64,000 bases of DNA from assembly GCA_035084275.1 (NCBI GenBank), contig CM068756.1, positions 4,650,001 through 4,714,000 on the forward strand. Direction: 5' to 3'. This stretch comes from Hydrolagus colliei. Lineage: Eukaryota. A program made the translations under genes and the position numbers. The notes under the pieces are model-generated. The model had not been told where the DNA came from. It saw only the letters and a list, made by a program, of their open reading frames with translations, and did no database searches. Every line of letters begins with the position of its first letter. Position 1 is the first letter of the stretch. Positions 49,701 to 59,440 of this stretch are shown here, piece by piece.

Positions 49701-52700
49701 GTCAACTTGTGCATTACAGGTAAATTATCACTATTGTCGGTGCTTGTTGAGTTCCCATCAAGGGATTTTAATGATTCATACGGACAAAGCTGGTATTCCG
49801 TTTTTTCCACTGTGTTGATAATTCTTAATGCAGGTTCACATTCGCGAATTTTGTTTTTGTCCAAATGTTCTTTTGCTACTTTCTCCTCAGAGAGTTTGGG
49901 AACCGCGTATTTCTGGAGCAGAGAGCAACTTGGCTCATTGGGTTGTAGATTCAACTCCAAAACATCTACAGATTGTTTTTCTTTTTCAGCTGATTTATCT
50001 GCAATTTCATTATCCACAACAGCATCCATTACTCCCTCTGCTTTGTCTTCTCTTACCAAGGTGAGTGACACGGAGCTGCAGTCAGCCTTGAGGGTGCTGT
50101 CTGTATTTTTGCCAAATTGTTCCCCTTGCACGGTTGATGAGTTTTCATTCATCAGATCCAGTGGCAACAAGCCACACTCTTCCATAATATTAGCCGTGCC
50201 AACAACAGCATCTTTAGATTCTGAATTTGAGTCTTCTTCTAAAGGTGTCAAAGGCTGATCAGTAACTACAGTTAGTGTTTCATCATTACCATTTTCTTTG
50301 ATCGGCTCAACAATGATTTCAGTTACACACGGAGGGCTCACAATACCTCCTCCACTCAGAGTATCTTCAAGAGGATCTAAGATGTGATAGTCACTTTTGC
50401 CTACTATTTCCTCTTTGACAGATGTAGGACTTTCCGTGCTGTGAGAGCTGCAGTGGATATCTTCACTTTGCTCAGAGTTGCTGTTATCGTTCGAGGACGG
50501 GTTTGTTATAGGGAGCGGCACTGGGTAGCATGGTATCATCATTAGCTCTTCGTTGCTTCGTGCAGTACGAGCAACAAAGAGCTGAAGTTGCTGCAAGGGA
50601 TTTACAATTGGAACTTGTGCAATGTGCATCATTCGCTTTTCACCGTCGAGTTCTTCAGTCGAGCTTGCTGTTGCAAACAATGGACTGGTATTATCACTGC
50701 TCCTTTCTTTATATTTTGTTACTGGGGAACATTTAGAGGAAATATTCTGACTAGTAACTATCGGTGATGGTTCCTCAGATTCTGACAGAATGGAAGCTGC
50801 TTTGGTTTTGTCACTTGACTGGTGACTGGTTATATTTTGCTGCATATTGTTCACAAATGTTTCTTGGTTATTTTCTTCATCACGGATAGCTTCATCAGCC
50901 TTCAGGCCAGTGGATGGCACGCTGCTCTCGAGCATGAACAAATCTGTACTATTGTCTGACTGTTTCTTTGCCACGTCACATTCAAAAGATCCGAACTCTG
51001 GGGACAGGGTAAAAGGCTTGTCTGGTTCGCCACTAGAAGTAGAGGAATTTTCATGATGGTTTATTGGACTTGTTTCTTTTCCTTCAGCGTCACTTTGTAA
51101 CATGTTTTTGCCCAGTACAGTGTCTGACATTATTGCAAGACTTGCAATTAGATTTTCTGTGTATAGCTCATTTTCCAATTTTTCATCTGACTTATCGGAG
51201 TAATAACTCCCAGGAGACAAACTGCTTAATTTTTGGCTACTGTGCGGATGTTCATTTGCTTTTATCTCTGCATTGTCTTCAGAGCTCGTTTCCTCAGGGG
51301 GCAGTGGACTTTCACAATTTTTGGTTGGTGTATTGAAACCTGGCTCGTCAGCCAGTGACACAAGCTGGAAAGAACATCCCCAGATGTATTCATCATCTTC
51401 CATCTTCTCAGCTGGACTCTGATCTGTAGCTTTAGGCGGGATGGAGCCTTCGTCCATGCAAGATGCTTTTCGATGCATATTAGTTCTGTCGCTGACAAAG
51501 TGATTTGGTATATACATATCTATCCTATTGCCGTTGCCCTCATCCAGGTGCAGAGGTGTGAGTGGACTAGTTTGATGTCTCATGTCTGCATTCATGTATT
51601 GCTCACTGCTTTCTTGGGCAACAATGTCATCGTTATCCATCCTGGGTGTCTGAAGCTGATTCTCCAACTCTGACACCAGTCTTTTGATTTCCAGTTCGTC
51701 TTCGGACAAAGGAGCCGGGAAGGAACCAGCATGCTCGCCAACCTTGACGGGTAAAAGAGGTGAGGTCTCATTTGGAGATGTGGCTGTGATGTGGGTATAT
51801 TTCTTACTCTCTGCTCGTTCCATGGTGAGGTCTTCAAAATTCGAAAGCTCATCCGGTAAAATTGTGCTCACATCCTGTAACAAGTTCCAGTCTTTGTGTT
51901 CTAAGAATGATGAATACTGCAAATGATATGCCGTTCTGTTATCTTCTGGCTCGGAACAACAATTAAAAGTGAAGTAGTTTTCTTTATTGACTGGTGTGTC
52001 TGTGTAGAGCTGGCTGTTAAAGCTTGATATTGGAATTTCTCCAAATAACCCTGCAGTATTAAAAGAAACTGGGGACTTGATTTTACCTGGATCTTTTTCG
52101 CTTGAATGCACACCAAGGCTTTGTTTGGCATGATTCTTTTCCAAAGAGTTAACGCTACTTTCATTTTGGCAGAAGAAAATACCTTCCAGATGTGAAGAAA
52201 CCCTGGGAAGTGATTCTGTGAAGATATCTGGCTGGTGTTGATTTTCCAACTCTCTATGCCCACAGTAATTTTTACTTATGTTGTTCTCAGGAGAGTCATC
52301 ATGACCATGAATATTAAACCCAGATGATTTATCATGAAAACATCCAGCATTTGGCTCATAGAAAACTGTGGTCCCAACCAGACTATCTTTCAGCTTTTTG
52401 CTGACGGCTGTTAAATCATCTGTCACATCTGCAGTCAAATCATTGAGCTGCGTTGAGCTGCACTGGTTTATGTTGGCGCCAGGGTATTCGACGGGGCTGT
52501 TGTCACAAGAAGAGAATCCAATCTCAGGCCTTCGATCAAATGTTAATTTAGTATTTGAGTCCGCTGGTCTTGCTATGGCCACACTTGTTATGAGCACATT
52601 CTTTTCAGAGAATATTCTGGACTCCAATGCTGTATTTTCTCCATGAACACATTGGATTTGACTTGGGTTAGAGTCAGGCGTACATTTATCTTCTACCTCA

Positions 52701-55700
52701 CTTGTCGGTGGTGTCTGTGGCTCATTGAGATAACCCGTATGCATCGAGTTATGATTGGCTCTATGGTGCCTCCTTCCTGATAGTAAAAACTTTGCCGAAC
52801 CGTATTTTTTGGCACTTTTTGAATGGTTAACGGAATTCTCTTTCACAATTCCTATGTGAACACCTGAATAGGCATTGGCAATATTTAATGTTGAATGCAA
52901 GGCATGATCAGCGACGGGCAGAACAGTGGAATATTTGCTTCCAGTCATACGTTTTCCTCTCTCGTTATCAGAATCTGTTCTTTCAGTGCTATTGGGGCTG
53001 CTGATGTTTTCACTCGAGCTGCTGGTAGTATTGCTGTGATCGCTGCTGGTGGACGATTGACTACTTCTCCTTCTGAACCTGCTGCCATAGTGACCCTTGG
53101 TTACATCTTGATTCTGTAATTCTACATTTTGTTCTGGAGGTTTTCTGATTTTGATGCATTTCCAGGATTCATCTTCCTTAACTCTCCCAGGCTTGCTCTT
53201 ATGGTCCTTTGTGAAGCGGTACTTGGACAGCCGACTCAAACACGGGGCTTGACACTTGCTACTAGGGGGCTCCATTTCCTGGTCTGAATCTGAAATATAG
53301 TCGTATTCCCCCCACTTACTGCTCTGCGAAGTCGGCAACAGCCTCTCGGTGACGAGAGAGAATTGCAAATTCTTGTTGGCTTTCACATGTAGCTTGTGCA
53401 GTTTGTTCTTCTGCTGTACAATCTTATGAATCAGCTCCTTGCTCCAAGTCCCACTACCAGACTTTCGCTTCTTAATATCTTTCATAACAGGTCTACGCAA
53501 AGTGGAACTGCCATTGACAGCAGATGGACTGAGCAGCCCTGGACAAACAGTAGCCTGGACCTCAGAGAAGCCTTTGTGCTTGCCTCTTGCGGAGTTCTTT
53601 TTTGTGCTTTGGACTGACTGAGATAAAACCTTACTTAGTTTGATTTTTACATCACTACTGAGCTTCCTTCCTCCTCTTAACTTCCCAATTTTTGCATTGG
53701 GTTCATTGTATTTTAAGATATCAAACGAATTCTCGTAAGAAACTCCTTTAACATTGAATTTATCCACTTTTTTAGAATTAGTCTCAGCCAAAACAGCAGC
53801 CAATGAGTGTTTTGCCTCGTGTTTCTTGTTGGAGTGTTTATTTCTCCCCTTTCTGTGTACGTTTTTATTATCGTTTCCCTTGCCATGTAGAATCTTTCTT
53901 CGTGTGGCCTGCTTTGCTTCGGTCTCTGTAAGCTTGGACTTGTTTTCTAAAGGTGTACAGTCTTTGGTTTTATAAGCTGTCCCGTTTCCAGCATTCTTTG
54001 TTGTGGAGAGTTCATCGTCTGCAAAAGCTTCTATAAAGCTGCTGTCAATTTCAGCATTGTCAGACTGATAGTCCAGACCGTTGAGAGTCTCATTGATTAA
54101 ACTGTCGAGCTTTGCATCATCAATCTCTAGATCAGACGCAGTGAGTGACATAGAACTGGATCCTGTTCCACTAAAAATATTAATTTTAAATGGGTCATCT
54201 TTTGGATCACCCGCAGTTTCACTGTCTAATAACAAATCACAAGGTTTGCTCAAGCAAAGCAATGACTGATGTAGATCAGACCCACTTCTGGATCCGGTGG
54301 GCTGAGTGCCCTTTGTTGATTCTACTTGAAACCTTCTATTTTCTACCATCCTAGATGTCTCGTGTGGCTCTGTGTGACATCCAGAATGCAGCCCACAATA
54401 CTGACGGTGATCGAGAAATGAAGCCACGTTACTGAAATTTTGGTCACACTGTTTGCAGGTAAGAAGAACATCGAGTTGGTCAAGATTTGCACTGCTGAGG
54501 GAATTTGCAAATAACTGCTCTTCTGAGAAAGGTGGCGGGTCATTACCAAAACTGTGTATGTAGCCATTGCTATCCGCAGTCTGCTGTGGGTATGGATGTT
54601 CTTGAACATATAACATTTGGCTTTCTTTAGTTCCCCTCATAGCTTCAGCCGAAGAAAATGTGAATGTCCTGGCGGCATCATGATGATGCTGCTGCAAAAG
54701 ACCAGCCCCCATGTGATCTGATCCACTGAAGCTTTTCCCTTCCTTGGCAAGGCTGTGAATATGGTAGAAATCTGGTGATGTTACCACAATGGGGACTTGG
54801 TTATCTTCTGAATTGGGGTTAAGAGGACTGTTAGAGCTGTGCACAGTCGACACTGGGGAAAGAGAAGAGCAGGTGCTGCTCGATCCCGGATTGGGAGCTG
54901 GTGAAGGTGGTGGAGATTGGTACGGAGAAGCCGACATTAAACCCATCTTTGGCAATGACAATGTGTGGCCACCGCCTCTGGAGGGCGCTGCTACAACTGG
55001 TTCATTCATGCCGCAAAACGCATTCTCGCCCCTCGGTTCGCACAACGGAGGACTGGTGTTATCTGCCGCGTTCTGAAACGGGAAGGCGGTGACCGTGTTG
55101 CAAGTCTGCCTGGTCCCATCGGTCCTCGAGTTCTGAAATCCTTCGTTTGGTATGTGGTTTTTATTGTGGAAAGGTTTGGGATTACATAGAGGCGTTGACT
55201 TCTGCGATTTCTTACACTCTTGCCATTCCGAAGCACCAAGTGGAAAGGCAAGCTGCTGGCTACTGAGTTGGCGAGATAATTCTATCCTGTTTTGATTCGG
55301 CATGGCAGAAGTCAGGTGGATTTGCTGCCACGGCAACCTGGAAGCACCATTTCGTTGCACATGCTGTCCGTGGTCAGTATGTGATACATTGCTAACGGAC
55401 TGACACTGATATGAAAATTGGTTTCCCACCGACGACGAATAAGGTGCAGAATTTTGGTCCTTCGAAGAAAACATCCTGTTGCCTCCATCCCATAGCTGTG
55501 GTACCCTGGAAGGACTTTGAGTGTTGTTGGAAATGTTTTTATCAAAAGGCACTAAGCCATCAGGGAGACTGCTATTGGAACCACTGTAGATTTTGTCCTG
55601 ATAGTGCATTTGTGGTAAAGAGCTGTGTGTTAGGTTCCTTCTCAGGGCTTTTCCCTGAGGTAGAACTCTTTGAGTACCTCGGTTGTCTTTTAACGTCGAG

Positions 55701-57130
55701 CACCTTTTGTTCACAGATACAAATCCAATGCTATTGCTGTGCAAATTGAACGTGTCTGCCGAATAAGCAGTTTGGTTTTCTCGGAAAGTGCTACGGTTCT
55801 GCTCTATAGCACCGGGAGAAGGAATAGCACCAGGTGAAGATATTGCACCAGACGAAGATACAGCACCATTAGTATCATTTGGATCATCTGCTCTTCCTTT
55901 ATAACAGGATAAACCTGGCTGATGTTGAGTACCTTGAGTTGAGGGACGGACAAACTGGGTTTGCTGAGAAGGCTGTGGATAGCTCCTCCCATCTGCTGAA
56001 CTATTGTATCGGCCGTTGCTCACAGTTTCTTCCTGTCCATCCCCTGAATGCTGGAAGACAAAATTACCATGTGCTACCTGACTGCCAGCCAGTGCCACGT
56101 CTACATAGTCTTGACGGAAGTGGCATGGATTGCTGTGATCACCGTTGAACGGATCGGGAGCTGCCTTGTGCAGCTGTGTGAGTGGATACTGGAAAGGAAT
56201 TGGCCTGAAGCCTTGCGCACTGGGTTTACTGCTCTCCGCTGTCCCGGTAAAAGTGCTGTGTTTGTGAGAGGGCATTCCGTAGCTGGCTTCAGCAAACGCC
56301 TTTTCCGGAGAATGCCAATCCATGGGAAAAGGCGAGATGGCCGAGCTACTGCCATTGCCGTGGAATTCCGGATACTGTAATTGGCCATTGGAGTTGGAGT
56401 CATCTCTGGAAACATTAACGTTCGCCTGCGATGGTGCTTTCAATGTCAGGTGTTGGCATGTGGCCGCTGTGGCGTGTGAGGTATAACTTGTTGAGGTAAA
56501 GTTTGTGGAGACCTCCTGAAAGTGTCTGTTGTAGCTGAGATCCTCCTGCTGGAGCTCGGCCTCTCTTTCAGGTATGCTCGGCACATTAAAGCGATAACTT
56601 CCTGTCACGGGTTCTCTGGTTCCTTCGAGTTTCTTGGTTGGTGTGACCTTCTGTTGCGGGTACGCTATTCCGATAGTGGGGTTGGGTCGTGAGTTGACAA
56701 TACTGAGTTTGTAAAGGTGATGCGGCCCTTTCCCGTACCTTTTGTTTTTGTCTTTCCCTCGGTTTTTCCCAGTAGGTGACTGGGGGCTACTCTTACCACT
56801 GGTGGAACTGCCGGATGAAGTCCATGGTCTGTCACAGGGATACTTTGGTCTGTTCTGAAGAGACTTAAAATCTATCCTTCCAGCCTGTTGTGGCCTAATG
56901 ACAGCCTCTCGCTGGTTATAGGTTTCCTTGTTTTTGCTATGAGGATGAGAATCAGTCAAGGAACTGTTATCCAACACAGTCTCACTGCTCTCCGGCACGC
57001 TGTCGTTATTGTTGCTTAGCTCTTCAGGGTCTTTCTCACTGAAATGTTCAAAAACGCCCTCTTTTTGTTGCTGTTTGGGATCAGTGTCAGAATCTTTAAT
57101 CGCATAAACGTGCTGTGTATCTCCCGTCAT
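43742..57130 (-). CDS. ZNF469: Zinc finger protein 469, 4462 aa, single coding exon
   Basis: 13.4-kb open frame. C-terminal C2H2 cluster includes [21 protein letters not shown] and [23 protein letters not shown]. The C-terminus [32 protein letters not shown] matches ZNF469 as I recall it. ATG context is atcATG (A at -3). Tandem position upstream of ZFPM1 matches human synteny. Confidence 0.96.
   Translation of the reverse strand: [4462 protein letters not shown]
45023..45940 (-). other. ZNF469: ZNF469 C-terminal C2H2 zinc-finger cluster (about six fingers)
   Basis: Repeated CxxC...HxxxH motifs from YKCKVC to DRHMEKH. A further isolated finger ([22 protein letters not shown]) lies at 48134-48199. 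Confidence 0.9.
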
Positions 57131-57345
57131 GATACCAAACCTTAGTACCTTGGCACTAAATTACACTGGCTTTTTCTTACAGACATGGTCAGTCATTTTT
57201 GCTGAGCTATAATGGGATTCTGTGAGCCAAGTAAGAAGGAATCACTTTCAAGCTCATCACAAAAGAAGATCTATGTCTTTTAGAGAGAGACTGCAGTTCT
57301 TCCATCATTACTGCCACATAAATCTGGAAGAAAAGAAAGGAATAA
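57131..57345 (-). other. ZNF469: Splice acceptor and 193-nt 5' UTR portion of the ZNF469 coding exon (exon starts at 57323)
   Basis: Minus strand reads ttcctttcttttcttccAG|ATTTATG, a strong polypyrimidine tract plus AG, 193 nt upstream of the ATG. Confidence 0.75.
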
Positions 57346-59369
57346 TTTTGGTACATAGAAATAGGAAATTAAACATGGTTAGCTTCTGTTAGTCAACCAC
57401 ATCCCATCGTTAAAGTTCTGATTGTGCACATGGATGTTGATAAGGGGTTCGAGATTAATCTACACCTATTAATCTTTTATCTGCTTAACAGTAATGTCCA
57501 ATTTTTCAGTTACAGACAATCTCAAATTATGTAATTGTCATTTCCACCAACAGCAAAATAATTTATCTTGATTTTTAAATTACACACATTTCCATTTATT
57601 TGCCTGACCTTTAATTACCCAGCATGATTAGTCAACTTAATTATCCAATTGTTTACAAAAGAAACAAAACTATGATTACAGTATTTCCATTTCCTATGTT
57701 ATATTCCTTACGTAATTGAATAGAGATGTACAGTATTGTGCAATCTGATGAAGAGCACCCTGCAAACTAATCTAACTAAAAAAAGAAAGTTTTAATGGTG
57801 TCCTAGTGAATGCCAAAACTTTGTCAATTTGATTGTAGTTAATCTTTTAAAGCCAATATTGCTCATCAATGTAATACCGATTTCATTTTTGCTCAAAAGG
57901 ATTTGGAGATCAGTGCAGCACCTGATTCCTGGGGGATGTTTAACTGGGGATTCATCTAATTGCACAATCTACTTATTTTTATTGAAATCTTTGCCTGAAC
58001 CACAGTGAATTAAACAGGAAATATTGCAATAGTGAAACATGCTGATAAAAAAGATAGCAAACACATTTTAATAGGAATGTAGAAAATCTTTTTGCTTAGC
58101 CTAAAAGGGCTGACTGTCTTTCATGGGGAAGGTGTTTGAAAAACTTTTTTTTCCATTTGACGTAAGGAGCATTTTGTCAAATTGTGAATATACCATTGTG
58201 ATAAAATTGATACGTTTCCCACTCACTTCTGTCCTGGGTGCACAAGGATCTTTACTACATGTGTTTTTTTCATTTAGACAAGAGCACAAAGCCCCTTTAA
58301 GCAAATTAAGTGCTTCAGGGCATTCACATTAGCCAAGCAAAGGTTCAAGGTAAACTGTAGAGTCTAAGAACGATGATTTCCCCCCAAGATGGATGAACCC
58401 GACTGAGAGATAAGAGTGAGATTTATGAAGCACACAATCCTTCAGAGGGAGTCACTGAATACTGGTATCTTGGACAAACTATGCCACTTCGCAGAAATGG
58501 ACACAACATAAAACAATAGAGAATGGAGAGGTTGGGGGTTGGTGGGGATTGAAGTATACATGGTGCCATCTGCAGGACATTGTAGATATGGCACACATTC
58601 CAATTTTAACAAACATTTCATTTGGTCTCATTATTTTCTTAAGTGTCCAATGTCCACAGTGTTGTTCATTTTTATTTTATTGCTCAGGTTTCTGAAATAC
58701 TCATCTCCTGGTTCTACATTTGTTTCCCCGTCTTGTGACTCGCTTACTTCATTGTCCTCCCTCCCTCCCTCCCTTCCTTTCTTGGTCACTTCTGTTGCGG
58801 TTTAAACATTTGCAGCGGATGCCTGTTTGTGTTAAAGCTTCCTGCTTGCCTGCCGTGGGGTTGGAGATACAGAGTGGAATTGGTTAAAACAAAGCTGTTT
58901 GTTAGCTAGTTAAGGTTAGCTAGTTTACAATCTCTTGAATTTAAATATTGTTTTTTCTCAAAAAAAAGGTGTAAAAATATCTTAGTGTAAAAATAAAAAA
59001 GACACTTTTGACAAGCCACACATTTGTTGAAACAATATGATCGAGCAGTCATTTGATAATTGAGATGATTCAACATGACTGATAGTCCATTGAGTTAAAA
59101 CAATACACAGCAAAGAATTGAATCACCCACAAACAACTAAATCATCCATCTGATACCATACAATTCACAGTAAAAATCTAAATCAAACAAATAGCAAACA
59201 CTTGGCAGATGTTAATTCACTCTAAACATGCATCACATCAGTTCTTTACAAACAGTCAGACGGGTGAATATAAACAAACTTTAATGTTCAGTAGATTTTT
59301 TTCAAACTATGAGTTAGTCAGACAAGTCAACTCTCGTACAGCATACTGTGGCTATTGTTACCAGACATC

Positions 59370-59440
59370 AGCTCCTTGAGACGTCCTCCCAAAATGAAAG
59401 ACGCTCTACAAATGTAATTTTGTTGTTATTGCTGTTGTTT
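59370..59440 (+). mobile_element. L2-type 3' tail
   Basis: cttgagacgtcctccc...tgaaagacgctctacaaatgtaattttgttgtt. Confidence 0.6.

Noticed and set aside
50150-50164. PLDLM in ZNF469 as a CtBP-binding motif
   Set aside because: It deviates from PxDLS and one such match in 4462 aa is expected by chance.
48138-50258. Long plus-strand ORFs (244, 185 and 239 aa) antisense to ZNF469
   Set aside because: Shadow ORFs opposite a long coding frame, with no recognisable domain.
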